The notes beneath the pieces were generated by a model, which searched no databases, was not told the DNA's origin, and saw only the letters and a program-made list of their open reading frames with translations. 64,000 nt of DNA from Eledone cirrhosa (taxonomy: Eukaryota), in NCBI GenBank assembly GCA_964016885.1, contig OZ024755.1, positions 33,356,001 through 33,420,000 on the forward strand, read 5' to 3'. The translations under genes and the position numbers were made by a program. Shown piece by piece: positions 25,764 to 40,196 of the stretch (the first letter of the stretch is position 1; every line of letters starts with the position of its first letter).

Positions 25764-26340
25764 TTGTTGTTTTACTGCTGCTGCTGTTGTTGTTGTTGTT
25801 GCTGTTGCTGCTGCTTTTGAAAGTGATCAATATTGTATTGATGGTGGTGGTGGTGGTGGTGGTGATGGTGGTGGTGGTGGTGGTGATGATACTGGTGGTG
25901 GTGGTGGTTGTGGTGATGATAGTGATGGTGGTGATGTTGGTGGTGGTGGTGATGTTGGTGGTGGTGGTGATGATGGTGGTGGAGGTGGTGATGATGGTGG
26001 TGGAGGTGGTGATGATAGTGATGGTGGCGGTGATGATAGTGATGGTGGCGGTGATGATAGTGATGGTGGTGGTGATGATAGTGATGGTGGTGGTGGTGGT
26101 TGTGGTGATGATAGTGATGGTGGTGATGATGGTGGTGGTGGTGGTGGTGGTGGTGATGGTGGTGGTAGTGGTGATGATAGTGATGGTGGTGGTGATGATA
26201 GTGATGGTGGTGGTTGTGGTGATGATAGTGATGGTGGTGATGATGGTGGTGGTGGTGGTGGTGATGATAGTGATGGTGGCGGTGATGATAGTGATGGTGG
26301 CGGTGATGATAGTGATGGTGGTGGTGGCGATGATGATGAA

Positions 26341-26371
<31 letters not shown>

Positions 26372-26750
26372 GTGGTGGTGATGGATGATGATGAGAGAGG
26401 TGGTGGTGGCGATGGATGATGATGAGGGAGGTGGTGGTGACGATGGATGGTGATGAGGGTGGTGGTGGTGATTATGATGCACTGATCACTAGATTATACT
26501 AACAATAACAACAACTACTACTACTACTCCTGCTGCTACTGCTATTACTGCTACTACTACTGCTACTACTACTACTACTACTACTGCTGCTGCTACTACT
26601 ACTCCTGCTGCTACTGCTACTACTGCTGCTGCTACTACTACTACTACTGCTTCTATTACTACTACTACTACTGTTGCTGCTGCTACTATTACTACTACTC
26701 TTGCTGCTACTGCTATTACTACTACTACTACTACTTCTACTACTACTACA
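25764..26750. repeat. Compound trinucleotide tract (GTT/GGT/GAT, then CTA/CTG)
   Basis: Read directly. The poly-His, poly-Val and poly-Ser ORFs are artefacts. Confidence 0.95.
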
Positions 26751-27111
26751 ACCAAACAAGCCAATCTTATGCAGCCAAATTTGCTCAAATTAAACTGTAT
26801 CATCTCCACAAAAGATGATCAACTTTGGAAGACATTTGATCCTAAGTCTACTCAATTCAGGTGGACTTGAGTCTACGGTAAATGATACTGGCCCCAGATG
26901 CTGTGGGATCAAACCCACAAGTTAATGATTGCAAAAGGAACACTTTAACCATACTATGTCCACTACATCATGTAAAAACGAAGACTAATCCACTGCTTCT
27001 ATCACCAACTGTTCATTGAGAGCCCCCCTTGCATCATAAATCACCATGGTTTCTACCTAGAAACTTCCCCTCTGAGGCAAAGGGCGGGGTGTGTTTGTGG
27101 GAGAGCAGTTG

Positions 27112-30100
27112 CCCATACACACCAGTCTCCCCCTGCTAACCACCATCCCCATTGGTACCATACACACCAGTCTCCCCTGCTAACCACCACCATTGGTACC
27201 ATACACACCAGTCTCCCCCTGCTAACCACCACCATTGGTACCATACACACCAGTCTCCCCCTGCTAACTACCACCATTGGTACCATACAGACCAGTCTCC
27301 CCTGCTAACCACCACCAGTGGTACCATACACACCAGTCTCCCCCTGCTAACTACCACCATTGGTACCATACACACCAGTCTCCCCTGCTAACCACCACCA
27401 TTGGTACCATACACACCAGTCTCCCCTGCTAACCACCACCAGTGGTACCATACACACCAGTCTCCCCCTGCTAACTACCACCATTGGTACCATACAGACC
27501 AGTCTCCCCTGCTAACCACCACCAGTGGTACCATACACACCAGTCTCCCCCTGCTAACCACCACCAGTGGTACCATACACACCAGTCTCCCCCTGCTAAC
27601 CACCACCAGTGGTACCATACACACCAGTCTCCCCTGCTAACTACCACCATTGGTACCATACACACCAGTCTCCCCTGCTAACCACCACCATTGGTACCAT
27701 ACACACCAGTCTCCCCTGCTAACCACCACCATTGGTACCATACACACCAGTCTCCCCTGCTAACCACCATCCTCATTGGTACCATACACACCAGTCTCCC
27801 CTGCTAACTACCACCATTGGTACCATACACACCAGTCTTCCCTGCTAACCACCATCCTCATTGGTACCATACACACCAGTCTCCCCTGCTAACCACCATC
27901 CTCATTGGTACCATACACACCAGTCTCCCCTGCTAACTACCACCATTGGTACCATACACACCAGTCTCCCCTGCTAACCACCATCCTCATTGGTACCATA
28001 CACACCAGTCTCCCCTGCTAACCACCATCCTCATTGGTACCATACACACCAGTCTCCCCCTGCTAACTACCACCAGTGGTACCATACACACCAGTCTCCC
28101 CCTGCTAACTACCACCAGTGGTACCATACACACCAGTCTCCCCCTGCTAACCACCACCAGTGGTACCATACACACCAGTCTCCCCCTGCTAACCACCACC
28201 AGTGGTACCATACACACCAGTCTCCCCCTGCTAACCACCACCATTGGTACCATACACACCAGTCTCCCCCTGCTAACCACCACCATTGGTACCATACACA
28301 CCAGTCTCCCCCTGCTAACCACCACCATTGGTACCATACACACCAGTCTCTCCTGCTAACCACCACCATTGGTACCATACACACCAGTCTCCCCCTGCTA
28401 ACCACCACCATTGGTACCATACACACCAGTCTCCCCCTGCTAACCACCACCATTGGTACCATACACACCAGTCTCCCCCTGCTAACCACCACCATTGGTA
28501 CCATACACACCAGTCTCCCCCTGCTAACCACCACCATTGGTACCATACACACCAGTCTCCCCCTGCTAACCACCACCATTGGTACCATACACACCAGTCT
28601 CCCCCTGCTAACCACCACCATTGGTACCATACACACCAGTCTCCCCCTGCTAACTACCACCATTGGTACCATACACACCAGTCTCCCCCTGCTAACCACC
28701 ACCATTGGTACCATACACACCAGTCTCCCCCTGCTAACCACCACCAGTGGTACCATACACACCAGTCTCCCCCTGCTAACCACCACCATTGGTACCATAC
28801 ACACCAGTCTCCCCCTGCTAACCACCACCATTGGTACCATACACACCAGTCTCCCCCTGCTAACTACCACCATTGGTACCATACACACCAGTCTCCCCTG
28901 CTAACTACCATCATTGGTACCATACACACCAGTCTCCCCTGCTAACCACCACCATTGGTACCATACACACCAGTCTCCCTTGCTAACCACCACCATTGGT
29001 ACCATACACACCAGTCTCCCCCTGCTAACTACCACCATTGGTACCATACACACCAGTCTCCCCTGCTAACTACCACCATTGGTACCATACACACCAGTCT
29101 TCCCTGCTAACTACCACCATTGGTACCATACACACCAGTCTTCCCTGCTAACCACCACCATTGGTACCATACACACCAGTCTCCCCTGCTAACTACCATC
29201 CTCATTGGTACCATACACACCAGTCTCCCCCTGCTAACCACCACCAGTGGTACCATACACACCAGTCTCCCCCTGCTAACCACCACCATTGGTACCATAC
29301 ACACCAGTCTCCCCCTGCTAACCACCACCAGTGGTACCATACACACCAGTCTCCCCTGCTAACTACCACCATTGGTACCATACACACCAGTCTCCCCCTG
29401 CTAACCACCACCAGTGGTACCATACACACCAGTCTCCCCCTGCTAACCACCACCAGTGGTACCATACACACCAGTCTCCCCCTGCTAACCACCACCATTG
29501 GTACCATACACACCAGTCTCCCCCTGCTAACCACCATCAGTGGTACCATACACACCAGTCTCCCCTGCTAACTACCACCATTGGTACCATACACACCAGT
29601 CTCCCCCTGCTAACCACCACCAGTGGTACCATACACACCAGTCTCCCCCTGCTAACTACCACCATCAGTGGTACCATACACACCAGTCTCCCCTGCTAAC
29701 TACCACCATTGGTACCATACACACCAGTCTCCCCCTGCTAACCACCACCAGTGGTACCATACACACCAGTCTCCCCCTGCTAACTACCACCATCAGTGGT
29801 ACCATACACACCAGTCTCCCCTGCTAACTACCACCATTGGTACCATACACACCAGTCTCCCCCTGCTAACCACCACCAGTGGTACCATACACACCAGTCT
29901 CCCCCTGCTAACTACCACCACCATTGGTACCATACACACCAGTCTCCCCCTGCTAACCACCACCATTGGTACCATACACACCAGTCTCCCCCTGCTAACC
30001 ACCACCAGTGGTACCATACACACCAGTCTCCCCCTGCTAACCACCACCATTGGTACCATACACATCAGTCTCCCCTGCTAACCACCACCATTGGTACCAT

Positions 30101-33100
30101 ACACACCAGTCTCCCCCTGCTAACTACCACCATCAGTGGTACCATACACACCAGTCTCCCCCTGCTAACCACCACCATTGGTACCATACACACCAGTCTC
30201 CCCCTGCTAACCACCACCAGTGGTACCATACACACCAGTCTCCCCCTGCTAACTACCACCATCAGTGGTACCATACACACCAGTCTCCCCCTGCTAACTA
30301 CCACCATTGGTACCATACACACCAGTCTCCCCTGCTAACTACCACCATTGGTACCATACACACCAGTCTCCCCCTGCTAACTACCACCATTGGTACCATA
30401 CACACCAGTCTCCCCCTGCTAACCACCACCATTGGTACCATACACACCAGTCTCCCCTGCTAACCACCATCCTCATTGGTACCATACACACCAGTCTCCC
30501 CTGCTAACCACCACCATTGGTACCATACACACCAGTCTCCCCTGCTAACCACCACCATTGGTACCATACACACCAGTCTCCCCTGCTAACCACCACCATT
30601 GGTACCATACACACCAGTCTCCCCCTGCTAACCACCACCATTGGTACCATACACACCAGTCTCCCCTGCTAACCACCACCATTGGTACCATACACACCAG
30701 TCTCCCCTGCTAACCACCACCATTGGTACCATACACACCAGTCTCCCCTGCTAACCACCACCATTGGTACCATACACACCAGTCTCCCCTGCTAACCACC
30801 ACCATTGGTACCATACACACCAGTCTCCCCCTGCTAACCACCACCATTGGTACCATACACACCAGTCTCCCCTGCTAACCACCACCATTGGTACCATACA
30901 CACCAGTCTCCCCTGCTAACCACCACCATTGGTACCATACACACCAGTCTCCCCTGCTAACCACCACCATTGGTACCATACACACCAGTCTCCCCTGCTA
31001 ACCACCACCATTGGTACCATACACACCAGTCTCCCCCTGCTAACCACCACCATTGGTACCATACACACCAGTCTCCCCTGCTAACCACCATCCTCATTGG
31101 TACCATACACACCAGTCTCCCCCTGCTAACCACCACCATTGGTACCATACACACCAGTCTCCCCTGCTAACCACCACCATTGGTACCATACACACCAGTC
31201 TCCCCTGCTAACCACCACCATTGGTACCATACACACCAGTCTCCCCCTGCTAACCACCACCATTGGTACCATACACACCAGTCTCCCCTGCTAACCACCA
31301 TCCCCATTGGTACCATACACACCAGTCTCCCCCTGCTAACCACCACCATTGGTACCATACACACCAGTCTCCCCTGCTAACCACCACCATTGGTACCATA
31401 CACACCAGTCTCCCCTGCTAACCACCACCATTGGTACCATACACACCAGTCTCCCCTGCTAACCACCACCATTGGTACCATACACACCAGTCTCCCCTGC
31501 TAACCACCACCATTGGTACCATACACACCAGTCTCCCCCTGCTAACTACCACCATTGGTACCATACACACCAGTCTCCCCCTGCTAACCACCACCATTGG
31601 TACCATACACACCAGTCTCCCCCTGCTAACCACCACCATTGGTACCATACACACCAGTCTCCCCCTGCTAACCACCACCATTGGTACCATACACACCAGT
31701 CTCCCCCTGCTAACTACCACCATTGGTACCATACACACCAGTCTCCCCCTGCTAACCACCACCATTGGTACCATACACACCAGTCTCCCCCTGCTAACCA
31801 CCACCATTGGTACCATACACACCAGTCTCCCCCTGCTAACCACCACCAGTGGTACCATACACACCAGTCTCCCCTGCTAACTACCACCATTGGTACCATA
31901 CACACCAGTCTCCCCTGCTAACTACCACCATTGGTACCATACACACCAGTCTCCCCTGCTAACCACCACCATTGGTACCATACACACCAGTCTCCCCCTG
32001 CTAACTACCACCATTGGTACCATACACACCAGTCTTCCCTGCTAACCACCACCATTGGTACCATACACACCAGTCTCCCCTGCTAACCACCACCATTGGT
32101 ACCATACACACCAGTCTCCCCTGCTAACTACCACCATTGGTACCATACACACCAGTCTCCCCCTGCTAACCACCACCAGTGGTACCATACACACCAGTCT
32201 CCCCCTGCTAACTACCACCATCAGTGGTACCATACACACCAGTCTCCCCCTGCTAACCACCACCATTAGTACCATACACACCAGTCTCCCCCTGCTAACT
32301 ACCACCATCAGTGGTACCATACACACCAGTCTCCCCCTGCTAACCACCACCAGTGGTACCATACACACCAGTCTCCCCCTGCTAACTACCACCATCAGTG
32401 GTACCATACACACCAGTCTCCCCCTGCTAACCACCACCATTAGTACCATACACACCAGTCTCCCCCTGCTAACTACCACCACCATTGGTACCATACACAC
32501 CAGTCTCCCCCTGCTAACCACCACCATTGGTACCATACACACCAGTCTCCCCCTGCTAACTACCACCACCATTGGTACCATACACACCAGTCTCCCCCTG
32601 CTAACTACCACCATCAGTGGTACCATACACACCAGTCTCCCCCTGCTAACTACCACCATTGGTACCATACACACCAGTCTCCCCCTGCTAACTACCACCA
32701 TTGGTACCATACACACCAGTCTCCCCCTGCTAACCACCACCATTGGTACCATACACACCAGTCTCCCCCTGCTAACCACCACCATTGGTACCATACACAC
32801 CAGTCTCCCCCTGCTAACCACCACCATTGGTACCATACACACCAGTCTCCCCCTGCTAACCACCACCATTGGTACCATACACACCAGTCTCCCCCTGCTA
32901 ACCACCACCATTGGTACCATACACACCAGTCTCCCCCTGCTAACCACCACCATTGGTACCATACACACCAGTCTCCCCCTGCTAACCACCACCATTGGTA
33001 TCATACACACCAGTCTCCCCCTGCTAACCACCACCATTGGTACCATACACACCAGTCTCCCCCTGCTATCCACCATCCTCATTGGTACCATACACACCAG

Positions 33101-35660
33101 TCTCCCCCTGCTAACCACCACCATTGGTACCATACACACCAGTCTCCCCCTGCTAACTACCATCCTCATTGGTACCATACACACCAGTCTCCCCTGCTAA
33201 CCACCACCAGTGGTACCATACACACCAGTCTCCCCCTGCTAACTACCATCCTCATTGGTACCATACACACCAGTCTCCCCTGCTAACTACCATCCTCATT
33301 GGTACCATACACACCAGTCTCCCCTGCTAACCAACACCATTGGTACCATACACACCAGTCTCCCCCTGCTAACTACCACCATTGGTACCATACACACCAG
33401 TCTCCCCCTGCTAACCACCACCATTGGTACCATACACACCAGTCTCCCCTGCTAACCACCACCATTGGTATCATACACACCAGTCTCCCCCTGCTAACTA
33501 CCACCATTGGTACCATACACACCAGTCTCCCCCTGCTAACCACCACCATTGGTACCATACACACCAGTCTCCCCTGCTAACCACCACCATTGGTACCATA
33601 CACACCAGTCTCCCCCTGCTAACTACCACCATTGGTACCATACACACCAGTCTCCCCCTGCTAACCACCACCATTGGTACCATACACACCAGTCTCCCCT
33701 GCTAACCACCACCATTGGTATCATACACACCAGTCTCCCCTGCTAACTACCACCAGTGGTACCATACACACCAGTCTCCCCTGCTATCCACCACCATTGG
33801 TACCATACACACCAGTCTCCCCCTGCTAACCACCACCAGTGGTACCATACACACCAGTCTCCCCCTGCTAACTACCACCATTGGTACCATACACACCAGT
33901 CTCCCCCTGCTAACCACCACCAGTGGTACCATACACACCAGTCTCCCCCTGCTAACCACTACCATTGGTACCATACACACCAGTCTCCCCCTGCTAACTA
34001 CCACCATTGGTACCATACACACCAGTCTCCCCTGCTAACTACCATCCTCATTGGTACCATACACACCAGTCTCCCCTGCTAACCACCACCAGTGGTACCA
34101 TACACACCAGTCTCCCCTGCTAACTACCATCCTCATTGGTACCATACACACCAGTCTCCCCCTGCTAACTACCACCATTGGTACCATACACACCAGTCTC
34201 CCCTGCTAACCACCACCAGTGGTACCATACACACCAGTCTCCCCCTGCTAACCACCACCAGTGGTACCATACACACCAGTCTCCCCCTGCTAACCACCAC
34301 CATTGGTACCATACACACCAGTCTCCCCTGCTAACCACCACCATTGGTACCATACACACCAGTCTCCCCCTGCTAACCACCACCAGTGGTACCATACACA
34401 CCAGTCTCCCCCTGCTAACTACCACCATTGGTACCATACACACCAGTCTCCCCCTGCTAACCACCACCAGTGGTACCATACACACCAGTCTCCCCCTGCT
34501 AACCACTACCATTGGTATCATACACACCAGTCTCCCCTGCTAACTACCACCAGTGGTACCATACACACCAGTCTCCCCTGCTATCCACCACCAGTGGTAC
34601 CATACACACCAGTCTCCCCCTGCTAACCACCACCATTGGTACCATACACACCAGTCTCCCCCTGCTAACCACCACCATTGGTACCATACACACCAGTCTC
34701 CCCCTGCTAACCACCACCATTGGTACCATACACACCAGTCTCCCCCTGCTAACCACCACCATTGGTACCATACACACCAGTCTCCCCCTGCTAACCACCA
34801 CCATTGGTACCATACACACCAGTCTCCCCCTGCTAACCACCACCAGTGGTACCATACACACCAGTCTCCCCCTGCTAACCACCACCATTGGTACCATACA
34901 CACCAGTCTCCCCCTGCTAACCACCACCAGTGGTACCATACACACCAGTCTCCCCTGCTAACCACCACCAGTGGTACCATACACACCAGTCTCCCCCTGC
35001 TAACCACCACCATTGGTACCATACACACCAGTCTCCCCCTGCTAACCACCACCATTGGTACCATACACACCAGTCTCCCCTGCTAACCACCACCAGTGGT
35101 ACCATACACACCAGTCTCCCCCTGCTAACCACCACCATTGGTACCATACACACCAGTCTCCCCTGCTAACCACCACCATTGGTACCATACACACCAGTCT
35201 CCCCCTGCTAACTACCACCATTGGTACCATACACACCAGTCTCCCCCTGCTAACCACCACCAGTGGTACCATACACACCAGTCTCCCCCTGCTAACTACC
35301 ACCACCAGTGGTACCATACACACCAGTCTCCCCCTGCTAACTACCACCATTGGTACCATACACACCAGTCTCCCCCTGCTAACCACCACCAGTGGTACCA
35401 TACACACCAGTCTCCCCCTGCTAACTACCACCACCAGTGGTACCATACACACCAGTCTCCCCCTGCTAACTACCACCACCAGTGGTACCATACACACCAG
35501 TCTCCCCCTGCTAACCACCACCATTGGTACCATACACACCAGTCTCCCCCTGCTAACTACCACCATTGGTACCATACACACCAGTCTCCCCTGCTAACCA
35601 CCACCATTGGTACCATACACACCAGTCTCCCCCTGCTAACCACCATCCTCATTGGTACCA
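27112..35660. repeat. 41/42-bp minisatellite array, about 8.5 kb (roughly 200 units)
   Basis: Unit cattggtaccatacacaccagtctcccc(c)tgctaaccaccac, with a KpnI site (GGTACC) in nearly every unit. Confidence 0.98.
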
Positions 35661-36254
35661 CCATCACCATCATTGGTACCATCACCATCACCAGTATCAC
35701 CACCACCACCATCATCACCATCATCATCATTAATCGTTAATCATCGCCATCCTTACTTCCTCCTTATCCTTTCCTTCATCATAAATTCACAACATCATCT
35801 TATGCCATCATCATCATCATCATCATCATTATTATTATCATCCCTATTTTCATTCTCAGCAGCAGAAATACCAGGCGTTACATCAGAACTATCCTCACCA
35901 ATCATTACAGTTGCCACTACCTCTGTACAGTTTCCACTAAAGAATTCTTATTTGCCAAATTATTCTACTAATTAGAAGTTCTTATTTACTCTAGTTTTTA
36001 ATTAGAAATTTAATTAGTTCTTTGAAATTTGCAGCAAAATAGCAAAACAAAGACACTAGTTGCTTGAGAAAATATACACAAAATGTGTTTCTTTTCCTAA
36101 AAGAGCTTCTTAACTATAAAAAATATAAAATAAAATGTCGGAATTGCCAAGAACTGTCAAATCAGCTTACCAAGGAACTATTGCCTACATCTGAAGAAGA
36201 TTCACCAAAGAATTTCTATACCAGGAGCAAATATGGTAACATGGTTGGATAACT

Positions 36255-36557
36255 GGTTCTCCGTCGGTTATGATGACAAGTGTTCCAGCCTGCTCGTGAA
36301 ATTAATGTGGAAGTGGCTGAGCATTTTACTGACATGCATACCATTATTGTATTTTTCAGGGAGATTCGGTGTGACACAGAATGTGACAAAGCTGGCCCTT
36401 TGAATTACAGGCACAACTCAATTTTGCCAGCTGACTGGACTGAAGTAATGTGAAATAAAGTGTCTTGCTCAAGGACACAACACGCCGCTGGGAATTGAAC
36501 TCATGACCTTATGATTGTGAGCTGAATACCCCTAACCACAAAGCCACATGCTTTCAC
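36255..36557 (-). mobile_element. tRNA-derived SINE with CORE-like body (related to family A, different tail)
   Basis: gtgaaataaagtgtcttgctcaaggacacaac...ggaattgaactc...ctaaccacaaagccacatg. Confidence 0.75.
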
Positions 36558-36705
36558 ATGGATGGATATGTTTTGATAATAGTTAGTGGATTAGTGCTGA
36601 CCTCTAATGAAATAATATTTGGTGATGTAATTATTGTATGTGGGTCATCCTCATTGGTACCACCATCACCATCATTGATACCATCACCATCACCATCATC
36701 AGTAT

Positions 36706-36738
<33 letters not shown>

Positions 36739-36887
36739 TGGTTAATCATTGTGTGTCATCCTCATGAATAAACAACTGTGAATAAAATGTGGTGTGGTAA
36801 ATAAATGTATACACCAGGTCTGAACACAATGGAACCAAACTCTGTCACTGTCACTGTCTCTCTCTCTCTCTCTCTCCCTATCTCTCA

Positions 36888-37125
36888 CTATTATGAGGAT
36901 TTAAAGTGGGAGTTAAAAAGGACTTGGGACTGTCACAAGACCAAGGTCGTCCTGATTGTCATAGGAGCACTAGGTACTATCTCGAAGAGTTTTCAAGGAT
37001 GGTTAAAGAAGATTAGTCCAGCCCCCTTTTTAGAACACTTCAAAAGACAGGCTTGCTGGGAACAGCAAGAACTCTCCGTTACGTCCTGAATATCTGAGGC
37101 TGCAGGTAGCGACTTGATATTCATT
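36888..37125 (+). pseudogene. R4/Dong-like RLE 3' fragment
   Basis: YEDLKWELKRTWDCHKTKVVLIVIGALGTISKSFQGWLKKI, then after a frameshift LQKTGLLGTARTLRYVLNI*. Confidence 0.7.
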
Positions 37126-37164
37126 TCAACAAACTTTCCAGTTAAATAACATCAATGACTGAGA

Positions 37165-37290
37165 ATAATTGTTTCTACTATTGGCACCAGGCCAGCAATT
37201 ATCCCAGTGCATTACTGGTACTTTATTTTATCGACCCCGTAAGGATGAAAGGCAAAGTTAACCTCCGCGGGATTTAAACTCAGAATGGCA
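37165..37290 (-). mobile_element. SINE family B, 5'-truncated
   Basis: gtttctactattggcaccaggccagc...ggatgaaaggcaaagttaacctc. Confidence 0.75.
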
Positions 37291-37314
37291 ATGATAATAG
37301 TAATAATAATAAAA

Positions 37315-37545
37315 GAAAACACTACTAAAACAATCTCAAATATGAAGTTCTGAAAGTATAGAGGGGTGAAGTAAATAAGGTAATATTGGTTCCAATAATT
37401 ATAGGAGCCCTGGGATGTGTAACAGACTATCTTACAAAAAATTTCAACAAACTGGATTTGATCTTGGTATAGAGTCTGTACAAAAAGTCTGCCTACTTGG
37501 CCCTGCCAGAATAATTAGAAAAATGGTGGATACTACCTAGAAGAG
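37315..37545 (+). pseudogene. Degenerate R4/Dong-like RLE 3' fragment
   Basis: KVILVPIIIGALGCVTDYLTKNFNKL ... VQKVCLLGPARIIRK. Confidence 0.6.
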
Positions 37546-37671
37546 CAACAAGCAAATCTTATCATCTTAAGCTCTGAGATGAAGAGCCTGATGGTAAGAA
37601 GAAAAATACTGGTAGTTAACATCAACACTGTGTAATGGTGAAGATTACATTTAATAATAATAATAATAATA

Positions 37672-37861
37672 ATAATTGTTTCTACTTTTGGCACAAGGCT
37701 AGCAATTACCCAGTACATTACTGGTACTTTATTTTATCGACCCCGTAAGGATGAAAGGCAAAGTTAACCTCGGCGGGATTTGAACTCAGAATGGCAAGGG
37801 CCATAACTCTATGCTGCAAAGCATGGCGTCCGATCCTCTACCGATACTGCCAATCCACCGC

Positions 37862-37862
<1 letters not shown>
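37672..37862 (-). mobile_element. SINE family B, full length, between (AAT)n tracts
   Basis: Ends ctctaccgatactgccaatccaccgc, the reverse complement of the family B head. Confidence 0.85.
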
Positions 37863-37912
<50 letters not shown>

Positions 37913-37916
<4 letters not shown>

Positions 37917-38340
37917 GCTGAAGACAAGTGGTACAATCATCACTCTGAGGCTGTAACTGAAGGAGAAAAAGTAACAATTCTCCGGGACTTTCCTGTACAT
38001 ACAGACAGGACCATAAAAGCAAATAGACCTGACATCATTATAAAAGATCAACATAACAAGGTCTGTTTGTTGATAGATACGAGCATCCCATGTGATCACA
38101 ATATCACGGCAAAAGAATTTGACAAGCTACGAAAATATAGAGATCTGCTTATTGAAATTGAGAAAATGTGGCACCTCAAGGCCGTTACAATACCAGTGAT
38201 TGTAGGAGGACTGGGAATGATCAAGAAAGGAACAGAACAATGTTTGCGAATGATTCCCGGTTTCCCCTCTCTGCACGAGGTGTAAAACATTGTTTTGACT
38301 GGTACTGCACACGTATTGAGAAGAGCACTATCTCTGTAAG
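37913..38340 (+). pseudogene. R4/Dong-like non-LTR retrotransposon, restriction-like endonuclease domain (5'-truncated)
   Basis: ILRDFPVHTDRTIKANRPDIII...LLIDTSIP...KEFDKLRKYRDL...IPVIVGGLG, an RPD...D...K..KY RLE signature. It starts directly after a long (AAT)n tract. Confidence 0.85.
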
Positions 38341-38544
38341 ATTGATATCTTTCCTTGTATTTACATATCCATATGCACATGTGTATATATGTATACTGTT
38401 TATTTTCTGGGTTTTTTTTTTATTATAATCAATGTATTAACTGGCTTACCAATGCACACTGTGAATTTATTTGCCTCAGGTGTCAGGAAGACACTCGGCA
38501 TATATCTCAGAAACAATAATGAAAGAAAATAAAAATAATAATGA

Positions 38545-38965
38545 TAATTTGGTATTTCCTTTCCTATAGACAAGAATGTATCTATAAAAACATTTGAAAA
38601 ATTGAGCAAGTATAAAGACATGGAGATAGATGGAAAAATGTGCAAGTTGAGAACTAAAACAATACCAGTGGTTGTAGGAACTCTAAGGAATGATGCCTAA
38701 GGGGTTGAATGATTACTTATCACAAATCCCAGGAAACCCGCGTATAGGAGAAATACAAAAGATAGTACTAATGGGAACTGTCCATATACTAAGGAAGATT
38801 CTGTCAATATATATACATCACAAGTCTAAACACATAAAGATGTGTGGATGTGTTCTTTCGTGAACATGGCGGACCTTGTTGTCTCTTGAGGTCACTGGTT
38901 GTGACTTGGTGATAACTCGTATGAACATAAAGCAAAATAAATGAAAAAATATAATAATAATAAAA
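38545..38965 (+). pseudogene. Another R4/Dong-like RLE 3' fragment with its 3' UTR
   Basis: PIDKNVSIKTFEKLSKYKDMEI...KTIPVVVGTL...IPGNPRIGEIQKIVLMGTVHILRKILS, flanked by (AAT)n. Confidence 0.75.
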
Positions 38966-39419
38966 AAAACAATAACAACAACACTGCTGTATGTCAACTA
39001 AGATCTTCACATCTGTTTCTTTTCAATCATCTCTAAACCTCCAAACACACCAAAATATAGTTGGTACCTGTAAACTATTTGAATCATTCTCAGACTACCA
39101 GGTAAATATGCAATGCACTAATATGTTCTATACCAAACACAAATATAACTTACCTTATATGCTTCATTGCATGCTGCTTCCTTGAATCCAATTAGTAAAA
39201 TCCCTGCAATAGGTATACATCAGCTCACCTGGTGGTAGAAAACAATTACATCAGATTAGCCAATAGTAGGGCTTGTTTATAAATCAGTAATTTTGTTAAA
39301 GAAACTGAAATTTTATTTTGTTAAAGAAACTGAAATTTTATTTTATTAAAGAAACTAAAATTTCTCTTTAAAAGCTGTTTTTCCTGTTGAGTACTACAAT
39401 CACAGGGTCAAAACTTTAA

Positions 39420-40012
39420 CCCTTTAGCATTTACATTTCTCTATACATACTATTGTATTTTTGTGGTAAATAATCTCACATAATATCAAATCTATGAGAT
39501 TTTGATGTTATTTATTTTGAAAATAAATAATAGCTTAACGTCAACAACCCTGAGCACCTTTTTGATTTCCACGTGTCTGACACCCGTGGGCATGCCTACA
39601 AAGTCTGAAAGCAGCACAGCTCCCATGACTTTCGGAAACATTTTTTCATGCAAAGAGTTGCTGAAGCATGGAACAAAGTACCTGCATCAGGTGTTAGCTG
39701 TCGAGACACCGCATCCTTTAAAACCTCCATGCTTCCTGAAATTTGCCATCACTACACATGACCCCCCCCCCCCTCCATACACACACACACACACATGTAT
39801 ATCATGACTCATACACTGTTCATTTCCCTGACATTTGAACATTATTCTATGTACTATACATGCACCTTTGATGAATTGTAGTACACCTGAGCACTGTACA
39901 CAATAATTTCATTATTACTATTATTATATTATGAGCAGCCAGTTACAGCCGGTTTGAACAGAAAGAGGTGAAAGAATTCTGGCCAGATATGGTTGGTTTA
40001 AATGCTAAAGGG
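39420..40012. mobile_element. piggyBac-like MITE (family 1) containing a CR1 insertion
   Basis: TTAA-CCCTTTAGCATTTA ... TAAATGCTAAAGGG-TTAA. Confidence 0.8.
39545..39930 (+). pseudogene. CR1-clade LINE 3' fragment
   Basis: TRGHAYKV*KQHSSHDFRKHFFMQRVAEAWNKVPASGVSCRDTASFK matches the CR1 TRGH...R..FF..RV...WN.LP terminus. Followed by an (ATT)n tail. Confidence 0.8.
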
Positions 40013-40196
40013 TTAAACCCTAAAATACAAAACCTTATATAAACAAATGGTTTCAGTTGGAAAAAGTAGCAAAGAGTAAGATAGTAACAAGACTCAGAAC
40101 TGATTTATTCATCAGTTAGTAGTTGAATGGTTGAAAGTAGTTAAGTAATAGCAACAATAGTCACTTCTTTTGAGTAAGAACAGTCTTATGTTTTAA

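Noticed and set aside
25697-26809. Poly-His, poly-Val and poly-Ser ORFs
   Set aside because: These are translations of trinucleotide microsatellites.
27112-35660. CRISPR-like regular repeat, or His-rich/Thr-rich protein ORFs
   Set aside because: Units are contiguous with no unique spacers and no cas genes nearby. Frequent 41/42-bp length changes shift the frame, so the ORFs are artefacts.
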